Positions 30,101 through 39,145 of a stretch of 64,000 nt of DNA are shown one piece after another; within the stretch, counting starts at the first letter, position 1, and the number at the start of each line of letters is the position of its first letter. Origin of the DNA: Nitrosopumilus sp. (GTDB lineage Archaea; Thermoproteota; Nitrososphaeria; Nitrososphaerales; Nitrosopumilaceae). The notes under the pieces are model-generated. The model did no database searches and was not told where the DNA came from. It saw only the letters and a program-made list of their open reading frames with translations. The DNA is taken from assembly GCA_963662625.1 (NCBI GenBank), contig OY759726.1, positions 1,312,001 to 1,376,000 on the forward strand, written 5' to 3'. Both the position numbers and the translations under genes were made by a program.

Positions 30101-31873
30101 CTATCTCGCCTCGTCAACGCAGAATACGACCTCGGACGAGGAGGCGGCGCCCCCCGAGACGGAGAAGTTCAGCGCCTGGGCCACGTTCTCGTCGCTCGGC
30201 TCGGAGCCCGTGACCGATCCCGGCAGCACCGTGATCATCCTGACCTTCGACTTTAGCACGTCACTCAGCTCCTGGTTCACGGTGGCGGTAAACGGCCTCA
30301 GCGCCCCGCGGAACACCTCGATCTGCGCCCTCCTGGTGCCAGTCACCTTCCTGCCCGCCGGCAGGTCCGGGCCCACGATCATGATCGCCCCCTCCGCGTC
30401 CCTGTAAAGCCTCGGGTCGCTAGATCCGCCAGGGACGAACTGCTCCAGCGCCGCCTGCGCGACGGTGGCCGGCGTGGTGATGAACTTCGCGACGAGCCCC
30501 TCCCATTCTGCCCTCGACAGCCCGGTCAGGCTCTGCACGTCCGGCAGCCTGCCGGTCAGGTGGACCACTCCGAGTATCTCGCCCACGTTGGATCCAGCCG
30601 TGCCCAGCCACCTCGCGACCTCCCCGGGATCCGCGATGTCGACCACATGCGAGTGGAACTTGCCGCTTATCGACTCCTGCAGCGCCTTCGGGGTGGACTC
30701 GGATATGAAGCACGCCGCCTTCCCGCCGTTCTTCTCGACGTGGCCCGCCAGGAACTCCGCCCGGGCGGCATCAGACTCGTCGGTGGCGTCCACCGTGAGA
30801 ACCACCGCCTTTCCGGCAAAGTCAGGCTGGTGCACCGCCGGGGTCCTGGTGCCCACGTGGGGCTTTACGGGGTAGAACACCCTGTCCCCGGGGATCACCT
30901 TGCCGTTGAGTATCCTCGCGATGCCGTCGTCGCACAGGTTCAGGACGGACTCTGCCACCTGCTCCTGCTCCAGGAACTCCCTGTTTGCTATCATGTGCGA
31001 CGTGTTGTTCTGGACCTTTTCGGCTATAGTCTGGATCTTGTCCAGCAGGCTGGCCAGGGTGTCGCCGAACTTCCCGGCGTCCCTTCCGCCCGCGAGCTTC
31101 CCGGCGGCCCTCGCTACCCCGTCCTTTATGGCGGCCTCGTCCTCGCCAAGCAGCGGGAGGAGCTCCCTGTTTGCGGCGTCGACCTCCGCCGGGGACATGT
31201 CCTCGAACCCGCCCACGCGCATGAACTCCGACGCCGCCTTAGGGTAGACCGTCTTGTAAATCCTGTCGGAGTGCACGGGCCCCGGGTTCGTCGCGATGGA
31301 TGCGATCCCCCTGCCCGTGAGCTCCCACGACATGGCCTCGGCCAGCCTGTTCTTTGCCCCCTGCGACGCGGTGTAGGGGCTCCGGAACCTGTATGGCCTC
31401 TGCTCCAACGGCCTCTCCTCCGTGAAGAACGTGGATATAGTGACGATCTTCCCCCCCTCCTTCATGACCCTGAGCGCCTGGACCGAGCCCCAGAAGGTGC
31501 CAGTCAGGTGTATCCCGACCGTGCTCTTAAAGTCGTCCAGCGGGGCGCTCGCGAAACACGTGACCGGGCCGGACACCCCGGCGTTGTTTACCAGGTAGTC
31601 CACCGTCACGCCGTCTCCCTCCAGCGAGTCGAAGAGGCCGTTCATCCCGGCCTCGTCGCTGACGTCGACCCCCGAAAATATCCTGACCGTGGCGCCGCCG
31701 CCGGCCCCGGACGCCGCGTCCTCCAGCATCCTGGCCGCGTCCTCCAACGGCTCGCGCCGCCGCCCCATGATTATCACGCTGGCGCCGTTCTCGACGAATT
31801 TTTTGGCAATGGCGCGGCCGATCCCGGTGCCGCTCCCCGTGACCAGTGCTACCTTGCCCTGAAACTTTAACAC
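30101..31873 (-). CDS. Two-domain SDR oxidoreductase; probable thaumarchaeal (S)-3-hydroxybutyryl-CoA dehydrogenase of the 3HP/4HB cycle
   Basis: TGSGTGIG, NNAGVSG, PGPVHSDRI and a degenerate second SDR domain; SDR family is secure, the specific function is inferred from recalled N. maritimus context. Confidence 0.65.
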   Translation of the reverse strand: MLKFQGKVALVTGSGTGIGRAIAKKFVENGASVIIMGRRREPLEDAARMLEDAASGAGGGATVRIFSGVDVSDEAGMNGLFDSLEGDGVTVDYLVNNAGVSGPVTCFASAPLDDFKSTVGIHLTGTFWGSVQALRVMKEGGKIVTISTFFTEERPLEQRPYRFRSPYTASQGAKNRLAEAMSWELTGRGIASIATNPGPVHSDRIYKTVYPKAASEFMRVGGFEDMSPAEVDAANRELLPLLGEDEAAIKDGVARAAGKLAGGRDAGKFGDTLASLLDKIQTIAEKVQNNTSHMIANREFLEQEQVAESVLNLCDDGIARILNGKVIPGDRVFYPVKPHVGTRTPAVHQPDFAGKAVVLTVDATDESDAARAEFLAGHVEKNGGKAACFISESTPKALQESISGKFHSHVVDIADPGEVARWLGTAGSNVGEILGVVHLTGRLPDVQSLTGLSRAEWEGLVAKFITTPATVAQAALEQFVPGGSSDPRLYRDAEGAIMIVGPDLPAGRKVTGTRRAQIEVFRGALRPFTATVNQELSDVLKSKVRMITVLPGSVTGSEPSDENVAQALNFSVSGGAASSSEVVFCVDEAR

Positions 31874-32046
31874 TACACGTTCGATGCCCTCGTGATATTT
31901 ATTTGGATCATTTTGGGGGCGGACGCGGCATCCTCCCCCCGCCGGGGCGCCCGCGCGGGCGTGGGCCCCGTGCAGGAAGCCGCGCCCGGGCGGCCCGCCA
32001 CGCGTCCGTGCCTAATGGTTAATAGCCAGAAAGGGGTACACATGCC

Positions 32047-32151
32047 ATGAATACGGCGCCAATCTGGCATCACAGGACGATGTGCTCTGACTGCAGGAGG
32101 ATGAGGTGCTCGAAAGGCTGCAACTGCGACTGCCACTGGGGCCCGCGCTGA
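32047..32151 (+). CDS. 34-aa Cys/His-rich mini-protein (metallothionein-like)
   Basis: MNTAPIWHHRTMCSDCRRMRCSKGCNCDCHWGPR, read directly; below the ORF-track cutoff. Confidence 0.5.
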   Translation: MNTAPIWHHRTMCSDCRRMRCSKGCNCDCHWGPR

Positions 32152-32196
32152 ACGCAGCAGCCAAAACCCTTATTCGGCCTCCCGCGGTGGGCCTGC

Positions 32197-32310
32197 ATGG
32201 AAAAGAAGAACAAGGCGTACGCGACCGACGACCCGACTGAAGCCTCCGCAGAAGAGCAGGAGGACATGGCACGGGAGGCGGTGAGGAAGTTCAAGTCGCT
32301 TGGCGGGTGA
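32197..32310 (+). CDS. 37-aa hypothetical mini-protein
   Basis: MEKKNKAYATDDPTEASAEEQEDMAREAVRKFKSLGG; purine-rich coding-like sequence. Confidence 0.5.
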   Translation: MEKKNKAYATDDPTEASAEEQEDMAREAVRKFKSLGG

Positions 32311-32400
32311 CGCGCCCTGCCCGCGGGGCGGGTTGCCGGATCCGCCCGGCCCGGGCGGGCAAACTAAACTTTCATTAGATGCGGCGGCGTGCCGTAACCC

Positions 32401-33222
32401 ATGGGGCTGTTCGGCGCAAGGCAGGATCCTGAGGACCTGATGCACGACGCGATGTCGCTGATGGGGAGGAACCAGCCGAAGGGCGCCATATCGCTGTTCA
32501 ACAAGGTCCTGAAGCAGCAGCCTGAAAACGCCCAGGCGCTTTACAGCAAGGGCCTCGCGCTGAACCGGATAAAGAAGTACAGCGACGCGGTGACGTGCTT
32601 TGATAGGCTGCTCGAGATCGACCCGAGGGACGCGAGGGCACTCAACAACAAGGGGATCGCGATGGCGGAGATGAAGAACGTCCAGGCCGCGTACGAGTGC
32701 TACGACCTGGCAATCGAGGCCGACCCGCGGCACGCCCCGTCCTACTTCAACAAGGGGGTGCTGCTGGACAAGCTGCAGGATCACCAGGAGGCGATAGAGG
32801 CGCTGAACAAGGCGATCAGCATAGATCCGGGGAAGCCAAACGCGCTGTTCTACAAGGGGATAGTGCTGGGCAAGACGGGCAGGCACGAGGAGGCCCTGAA
32901 CTGCTTTGAGCAGGTGTGCAGGAGGCACCCGTCGCACCTCGACGCGATGTTCCACAAGGGGATCGAGCTGGCGGAGCTTGGCAGGCACGAGAAGGCCGTG
33001 GGCATATTCGACCGGATCCTGGCAAGGCACAGGGACAACGTGAACGTCACCTACGCAAAGTCCAGGAGCAAGGCGGCGCTCGGCGAGTATCCCGAGTCGC
33101 TGGAGCTGCTGGGGGCCGCCGTGGCAAAGAACCCCAAGGCCATAAGGGAGTGGGCAAAGCAGGAGAAGATCTTCGAGAAGCTGCACGGCAGCGACCAGTT
33201 CAGAAGGCTGGTGAAGATGTGA
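32401..33222 (+). CDS. Tetratricopeptide-repeat protein
   Basis: Multiple A..KG.AL....Y.EA..CFD..L.IDP repeats. Confidence 0.92.
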   Translation: MGLFGARQDPEDLMHDAMSLMGRNQPKGAISLFNKVLKQQPENAQALYSKGLALNRIKKYSDAVTCFDRLLEIDPRDARALNNKGIAMAEMKNVQAAYECYDLAIEADPRHAPSYFNKGVLLDKLQDHQEAIEALNKAISIDPGKPNALFYKGIVLGKTGRHEEALNCFEQVCRRHPSHLDAMFHKGIELAELGRHEKAVGIFDRILARHRDNVNVTYAKSRSKAALGEYPESLELLGAAVAKNPKAIREWAKQEKIFEKLHGSDQFRRLVKM

Positions 33223-33249
33223 CGCGCAGGGCCCCGCCCGCGCCGCGCC

Positions 33250-33954
33250 TCAGAGGATCTTGTTGCGGACGGCGTCGAGCCGCATCTTGCCTGCCTTCCT
33301 CTTCGGCCCCGCCAGCACCGCCTCGAACACCGGGACGTACAGCTCGGTGACCTCCCGCAGGGAGAACTTTTCGCTGACGTCCCTGGCCCCCGGATCCGGC
33401 CGCAGCTTTATGGCGTCCAGGAGCTTGGCGGCGGCCTCGTCGGGGGTTATCTCGTGCCGCCTCACCTTGGACTCGTTTCTTGAGAGCAGCGCCTTCGGCC
33501 GGTGCTCCACGTCCTCGGATCCCATGTCGAACGGGATCTTGATCGCCCGGCCGTGGTGGTCAAACGCCATCCTGTCCTCCCTCCGCACGAACACGTGCTC
33601 TTCCAGCGGCAGGTCGATCTTGTTCTTGCCTCGCCTCACGGCGAACGTCTTCTCCAGGCGCGACTTTGTCCTCGCCTGGAACACGTCGTCACCGAAGACG
33701 ACCTCCATCACGTCGGAGTCGACGGAGATCACGTGGGTGGCGCTCCTGTAATAGTCCGCATAGTACCTGCCGGACACCACCAGGATAGGCTCGTAGTACA
33801 GGTCCATGGAATGGACGTGCACGTCCTTCTTCTTCGGCTTCGCCAGGAACGAGCGGAAGGCCTTGGCCTTGTTGGCCTCCACCGCCTCCCGCGCGGCAGC
33901 CTCGTCTACCCGCTTCCTCAGCACCGCGATCTTGCAGTCACGCTTGTCTGCCAA
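33250..33954 (-). CDS. Hypothetical protein
   Basis: Long coding-like ORF (LYYEP, LYVPVFE). Confidence 0.75.
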   Translation of the reverse strand: MADKRDCKIAVLRKRVDEAAAREAVEANKAKAFRSFLAKPKKKDVHVHSMDLYYEPILVVSGRYYADYYRSATHVISVDSDVMEVVFGDDVFQARTKSRLEKTFAVRRGKNKIDLPLEEHVFVRREDRMAFDHHGRAIKIPFDMGSEDVEHRPKALLSRNESKVRRHEITPDEAAAKLLDAIKLRPDPGARDVSEKFSLREVTELYVPVFEAVLAGPKRKAGKMRLDAVRNKIL

Positions 33955-34111
33955 AGCACCACTACGGAATGGCGGTTCAGGTTATTAAAGCAATTGAATC
34001 CCCGGGCCCGCGCGGCGCCGGGGGCCGAGGGAGGCCCGCGCGGCGCCGGGGGCCGCGCGGCCGCGGCGCATTTGAAAAGCCTTATCTTGGAATGGCCCGC
34101 AGTTACATGCA

Positions 34112-34729
34112 ATGAACAAGAGATTCACGATAGTGGCAGCGGCCGGCATCATGGTGGCCGCCTCGGCGGGGTTCGCGCTTGCCGGCGGCGGGCAGCCGGG
34201 CGACGGCCTCCCGTTCACGTACAGAGCGGCAAACGAGGACCTGCAGCTCCTGCTGGTGGGATCCGACATCCACATGTCCTCCCCGCTGAAGCTGAACGGG
34301 TTCTCGATCGCCAAGTACTGCACCTTCTTTTCGGACAGGGCGATACAGGACTCCATAGAGTACTGCACGTCGACCGAGCTCCTGGACTCCAAAGGCGGCT
34401 TTCTCGGGAACATCCAGATGGTGGGATCCAACAGGGCGCCGGAGTACGTGATCGCGGCGATCCAGGTGGATCCCGCCGCGTCACAGTCGGGCGACCTGAA
34501 GACCGTGATCGGCACCATGGTGGACACCCTGGTCTGCGCCTGCTGGGAGGACAGGTCACCCGGGGGCTTTGCCACCGTGTCTGACTGGGTGGACGCGGCG
34601 CAGGAGCACCACGCGAGCGCCGCCCAAGGCACGAGCAAGTCCGAGATCTCCGGCCTGGCAGACAGGGATCTGCTGCTGGAGGTCACCACGAACCGGGACG
34701 GGCATCTCTGGAAGTTCGTGATAAGCTAG
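34112..34729 (+). CDS. Secreted or membrane-anchored hypothetical protein
   Basis: N-terminal hydrophobic signal; four Cys. Confidence 0.78.
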   Translation: MNKRFTIVAAAGIMVAASAGFALAGGGQPGDGLPFTYRAANEDLQLLLVGSDIHMSSPLKLNGFSIAKYCTFFSDRAIQDSIEYCTSTELLDSKGGFLGNIQMVGSNRAPEYVIAAIQVDPAASQSGDLKTVIGTMVDTLVCACWEDRSPGGFATVSDWVDAAQEHHASAAQGTSKSEISGLADRDLLLEVTTNRDGHLWKFVIS

Positions 34730-34753
34730 CGTGGTCTGGGCGGCAGTGATGGC

Positions 34754-35527
34754 ATGATCGAACAACTATGGCTAATCCCGCTAGGGTTCGCGGCGGGCGT
34801 GCTCGGCTCCATGATAGGGCTGGGCGGCGGGGTCATAATGGTCCCGGTCCTGACGTTCGCGGGGTTCCCCCCGACGCTTGCGGCAAGCAACAGCCTGCTC
34901 GCGTCGCTGAGCAGCTCCGTATCTGCGACCGTGGCGTACTCCAGGATCAAGCGCGTCGACTTTTCGCTGGGCACAAGGCTCGGGCTGCTGAGCGTCCCGG
35001 GGACGATCCTCGGCGCGGTGGTGTCGACCGACGTGAACATGGCGGCGTTCAAGATACTGTTCGGCCTGGTGCTGGTCGCCGCCACCGCCTACATCTTCCT
35101 GGGAAAGCGGCCCGCTGGAGGGGATGCCAAGACCTCGGTGCAGATGGCCGTCTTCGCGGCGGGGGCGAGCTTCTTTGCAGGGATGATATCGTCGTTCTTC
35201 GGGATAGGGGGCGGGATCGTGTTCGTCCCAATGATGGTGGCGGCGATGGGGCTGTCGGCCAAGAGGGCCGCGCCCACGTCGCAACTGATCCTGATATTCA
35301 CGTCGTCCTCGGGCGTGATATCGCACACCCTCCTCGGCCACCCTGACTTCCTGCAGGCGGGCCTGCTGGCGTCCGGCTCGTTCTTCGGCGGGCTGGCGGG
35401 GGTGAGGCTGTCGCTGCAGGTGAAGGAGAGGTTCCTGCAGGTCATGGCGTCCAGCGTCATACTGGCGGTCGCCGCGAAGATGTTCTACGACTCCGTGGTG
35501 TCGCTCTCCGCCGTGCCCGACCCGTGA
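34754..35527 (+). CDS. TauE/SafE sulfite-exporter family permease
   Basis: Duplicated GLGGG..VP / GIGGG..VP motifs, multi-TM. Confidence 0.9.
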   Translation: MIEQLWLIPLGFAAGVLGSMIGLGGGVIMVPVLTFAGFPPTLAASNSLLASLSSSVSATVAYSRIKRVDFSLGTRLGLLSVPGTILGAVVSTDVNMAAFKILFGLVLVAATAYIFLGKRPAGGDAKTSVQMAVFAAGASFFAGMISSFFGIGGGIVFVPMMVAAMGLSAKRAAPTSQLILIFTSSSGVISHTLLGHPDFLQAGLLASGSFFGGLAGVRLSLQVKERFLQVMASSVILAVAAKMFYDSVVSLSAVPDP

Positions 35528-35538
35528 CGTCCCGGGGC

Positions 35539-36030
35539 TCAGATCGAGATTATCTCCAGCCTGGAGTCGCCGGTGACGCCGAACGTCTCGACGAAGCCGG
35601 ACGTGACCTCGAGGATGTACATGGCGTCCCCCCCGGGCACGACGCTCTGGCACGTGACGGTCTCCAGCGCCGTCTTGCACGGCTGGACGTCCTGCTCTAT
35701 GTGGACCACGCGGCCGTCGGCGTCAAACCAGATCATGTCAAGCGGGAACTGCATGTTCAGCATCCACAGCGAGTATGGCCCGGGCCGGTCGAAGACGAAT
35801 ATCATCCCCTGGTCGTACGGGAGCTGGTCCTGGAACATCAGGCCCCTGACGCGCCGCGGCTCCGTGTCGGCTATCTGCACCTCCAGGGCGGTGCCGTCCA
35901 CCATGACCGTCCCCCGCGGGAACTCGACCGACTCCAGCTTTATGTCGCTCGGGATCGACAGGATCCCGGCCACCCCAACTATGACCGCCGCCGCCGCGAT
36001 GGGGATGAGAACCTGGGCCCTGGTGGTCAT
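35539..36030 (-). CDS. DUF192 family protein
   Basis: IADT..RVRGLMF, GMIFVF, WMLNMQFPLDMIW, YILEV. Confidence 0.9.
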   Translation of the reverse strand: MTTRAQVLIPIAAAAVIVGVAGILSIPSDIKLESVEFPRGTVMVDGTALEVQIADTEPRRVRGLMFQDQLPYDQGMIFVFDRPGPYSLWMLNMQFPLDMIWFDADGRVVHIEQDVQPCKTALETVTCQSVVPGGDAMYILEVTSGFVETFGVTGDSRLEIISI

Positions 36031-36069
36031 ACGGTGTGGTCAGTCCGTCTCCCTTTAAAAGCTAGGGCG

Positions 36070-36420
36070 TCAGAACACGGACCTCTTAAAGTCGCTGATC
36101 GAGGACATGGTGTTCCTGGTCTCGTGCGCGACGTCGTGTATGGTGGAGCCGTTGTACTTCCTGTCAAGGTACCTGCCGGCCACGATCATGGGGCCGCCTA
36201 TGGCGCATGTCACGCCCGTGGGCTCGGGGACCCACAGCATGATGAACCCTATCTTCTGGAGCTTCTTCCCGGGGGCGGGGGCCTTTTTCAGCGCGTTCAG
36301 GGAGCCGGACGTGCCGCCCCCGTCGATCTTCGCGATGTCGTTGTAGAGGCCCGCCCTCCTCCTCGCGGAGTCGGACATCCTGCGCAGCCTGTCCAGCCTG
36401 GTCTTCAGCGCGTCTGCCAT
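36070..36420 (-). CDS. Hypothetical protein
   Basis: Coding-like ORF with PEPTG hydrophobic segment. Confidence 0.7.
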   Translation of the reverse strand: MADALKTRLDRLRRMSDSARRRAGLYNDIAKIDGGGTSGSLNALKKAPAPGKKLQKIGFIMLWVPEPTGVTCAIGGPMIVAGRYLDRKYNGSTIHDVAHETRNTMSSISDFKRSVF

Positions 36421-36528
36421 AGCACCGTGGGATCGCAGGGAAGATAGTTAAAATTCAATGATCAACAACGGTCACTCCAGAGTCAACAAAGAGTAACAAC
36501 CGCCGGGGCTGGTTCACTAGTTATTTAT

Positions 36529-37017
36529 GTGAATGGCGCCATACAGAGGCAGTTGAAGAGCGATGGCACGAAGAGGCTGGACTCCATCAAGGCCGCGCAC
36601 GAGTCGGAAAAGTCCAGGCACAGCACCCGGATGGAGGACTACCTGGAGATAATCTCGGAGCTCGTGGAGCAGAAGGGGTACGCCACCAGCCTGGACATCT
36701 CGAGGTACATGAACGTCAGCGCGCCGAGCGTGACGAAGATGCTCAAGAGGCTCGACGAGAGCGGGTTCCTGGAGTATGAAAAGTACCACGGCATCAACCT
36801 GACCAGGAAGGGGTCGCAGGTGGCCGAGGGCATCAGGCAGAAGCACGGCATCCTGCTGGAGTTCTTCGAGATACTGGGGGTGGGCTACGAGACGGCGAAC
36901 CGCGACATAGAGGGGATAGAGCACCACCTCGACCCCAAGTCGATAAGGCAGCTCAGGAAGTTCATCACGTTCCTGAAGTCAAACCCGAAGATCCTCGCCG
37001 ACTTTAAGAATCTCTGA
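36529..37017 (+). CDS. DtxR/MntR-family metal-dependent regulator
   Basis: MEDYLEII, VSAPSVTKMLKRL, KHGILLEFF, EGIEHHL. Confidence 0.92.
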   Translation: MNGAIQRQLKSDGTKRLDSIKAAHESEKSRHSTRMEDYLEIISELVEQKGYATSLDISRYMNVSAPSVTKMLKRLDESGFLEYEKYHGINLTRKGSQVAEGIRQKHGILLEFFEILGVGYETANRDIEGIEHHLDPKSIRQLRKFITFLKSNPKILADFKNL

Positions 37018-38818
37018 GCGCCACCCGTATGTCGCCCTGGGAGCCGGCCATGCCGGCCAGGCTCCTCGCCGCCTCTGAGCGCTTCGGGATCTTTATCTGG
37101 CCCCTCCGGCCCACCCGGGCGGTCGTGACGTGCCTGCCGTCGGCGTAGACGTCGGCGTACGTCATGGCGTATTCCCTGCCCACGGTGAGCAGCAGCGCGG
37201 CCCTCGACTCGGAGAACGTGAACGGCAGGTCGCCGGACTCCTGGCCGTCGGGCTCGCGCGCCACCACGTCCAGGTGGACCTTGAGGATCTTTTCGAGGTC
37301 CGCTATGTTGGAGCCGCCCCTCCCGATCACCAGCGGGACGTGCTGCCTGCCCACAGTCACCCTGACCCTGTCCTGCGAGAGGACCTCGGCCTCCGCGCGC
37401 GGGTCGTACCGCCTGAACGTGTCGAGGATCTTGTCCTCGGCCAGCTTCTCGACGCCCGTCTTCCCGGCGCGCCCCGACACCGGCACTATGACGTTCTCCT
37501 CGCCAAACGTGTAGATCTCGTGCTCCAGCGCGTTGTCCCCGAAGTTCCTCACCTCGATCACGGGCCGGGCCAGGTCCGACTCGGTCATGCCGGTGGGCAC
37601 CTTCACGGTAAGCTTCAGGTCGTAGACCTTGCCTATGCGGCCGTCCTTCACGAAGACCACGGTGTCGACCACGCTCGGGATCATGCCTAGCTCGATCTTC
37701 CCGATGAACCGCTGGATCGCGTCCAGGGGGGTGCTGGCGTGCACGACTCCGACCATCCCCACGCCGGCGAGCCTCAGGTCGGAGAACGTCTGAAAGTCCT
37801 CGCGCCTCCTCACCTCGTCGAACACCGTATAGTCGGGGCGGACGAGCAGCAGGATGTCGGCGGTGTTCTCGAAGCTGCCGGCGAGCTTAGTGTACTGGGT
37901 GATCCCAGGCTCGACCTGCAGGTCCCGCGGGGACTCGAAGGTCTTGACGATCCTCCCCATGCCGTGGTAGAAGTTCGCCAGCCCTGACGCCAGCGTGCTC
38001 TTGCCCGATCCAGGGGCCCCGGATATCAGGACGCCCTGCGCGCTGTCCGAGAACCTGGCCATGAGGCCGTCGGAGATGTCGTAGTCGTCAAGGGAGAGCC
38101 TCGCGATCGGGTGCACTATGGTGATCTCGAACCCGTCGGAGAACGGGGGCCTGGTCATCGCGATCCTGTAGTCCTCGTACTGCACCACGGACGCGCCGGT
38201 CCCGGCCAGCTCGACCGTGTCGGAGTCGGACAGCTTGGTGGCCTCGAGGATCTGCGAGGACATTGACTCGAGGCTTCGCAGGGACATGGGCTCGTCGGCC
38301 AGCTTGGCCAGGACGAACGAGCCGGGCCTGCCCCTCTTCGCCATGGGGGGGAGCCCCTCCTTGAGGTGGACGCTCATCGTGTCCGGGCCGAAGAACTTCA
38401 GGAACTCGAGGTCCCCGCCGGCTGGCCTGGACGTGAGCAGCACGGACTCGATCCCCTCGGCCTGCGCGGCCAGGTGCTGGGCCCTGTCAGAGGTGTAGAG
38501 AGCCGCCTGGTTCTGCCTCGCGACGTCGGCTATGATGGAGTCGATCCTGCCCCTTGACGCCAGGCGTATGTCGTCGGGCGTGGGGCGGCTCCCCTTCACG
38601 GACACCGTAAGGTTGAACTCGCGCGCGATATCGTGCAGCCTCTTCACCTCCTCGAGCCCGGCGAACCCCTGCCCCTTCTTCTGGGACGCCTGCGACTGCA
38701 GCTCGTCGAGCACCGCCTGCGGCAGGATCACCTCCGAGTCCCTCATGCCGCCGGACTCTACGTGGGATATCAGCCGCCCGTTGATGATCGCGCTGGTGTC
38801 CACTACAACTCTTGGCAA
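37004..38818 (-). CDS. PIN-domain ATPase with KH domain (PINA family)
   Basis: VVVDTSAII (PIN), GAPGSGKST, RPDYTVFDEVR, VIGRGG (KH). Confidence 0.9.
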   Translation of the reverse strand: MPRVVVDTSAIINGRLISHVESGGMRDSEVILPQAVLDELQSQASQKKGQGFAGLEEVKRLHDIAREFNLTVSVKGSRPTPDDIRLASRGRIDSIIADVARQNQAALYTSDRAQHLAAQAEGIESVLLTSRPAGGDLEFLKFFGPDTMSVHLKEGLPPMAKRGRPGSFVLAKLADEPMSLRSLESMSSQILEATKLSDSDTVELAGTGASVVQYEDYRIAMTRPPFSDGFEITIVHPIARLSLDDYDISDGLMARFSDSAQGVLISGAPGSGKSTLASGLANFYHGMGRIVKTFESPRDLQVEPGITQYTKLAGSFENTADILLLVRPDYTVFDEVRRREDFQTFSDLRLAGVGMVGVVHASTPLDAIQRFIGKIELGMIPSVVDTVVFVKDGRIGKVYDLKLTVKVPTGMTESDLARPVIEVRNFGDNALEHEIYTFGEENVIVPVSGRAGKTGVEKLAEDKILDTFRRYDPRAEAEVLSQDRVRVTVGRQHVPLVIGRGGSNIADLEKILKVHLDVVAREPDGQESGDLPFTFSESRAALLLTVGREYAMTYADVYADGRHVTTARVGRRGQIKIPKRSEAARSLAGMAGSQGDIRVALRDS

Positions 38819-38971
38819 ATCGTTTCCGCTTGTATGGGTACCCGGGGATTAAATTACCTTTGCCAGCCGGCGCCACGGGGCCCGCGACCCGGAGGGGATT
38901 AAAGAAAACAGACAATCTGAACTAAAATCACTCACAATGCCTGAAAAATCGGCCCCCGTGGCAAAAAAACC

Positions 38972-39109
38972 ATGGAAAAGCCGGGGAAAAACGGGGAGTT
39001 TTACGGCAACTGCGCCGCCTACTTTGAATCGCTGAGGAAGAGGGGAGAGTCGGACTATGAGTTCGAGGACGAGTACTACTTTACGATGCCCGCCATATCC
39101 AGCCGCTGA
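38972..39109 (+). CDS. 45-aa acidic/aromatic mini-protein
   Basis: MEKPGKNGEFYGNCAAYFESLRKRGESDYEFEDEYYFTMPAISSR, read directly; upstream of tldD. Confidence 0.55.
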   Translation: MEKPGKNGEFYGNCAAYFESLRKRGESDYEFEDEYYFTMPAISSR

Positions 39110-39145
39110 AGCGCAAGATTTAGGAGACGCCGGCGCCCCCTACGT

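Noticed and set aside
37004-38818. VapC toxin-antitoxin module
   Set aside because: The PIN domain is fused to an ATPase-KH (housekeeping PINA family) and there is no adjacent antitoxin.
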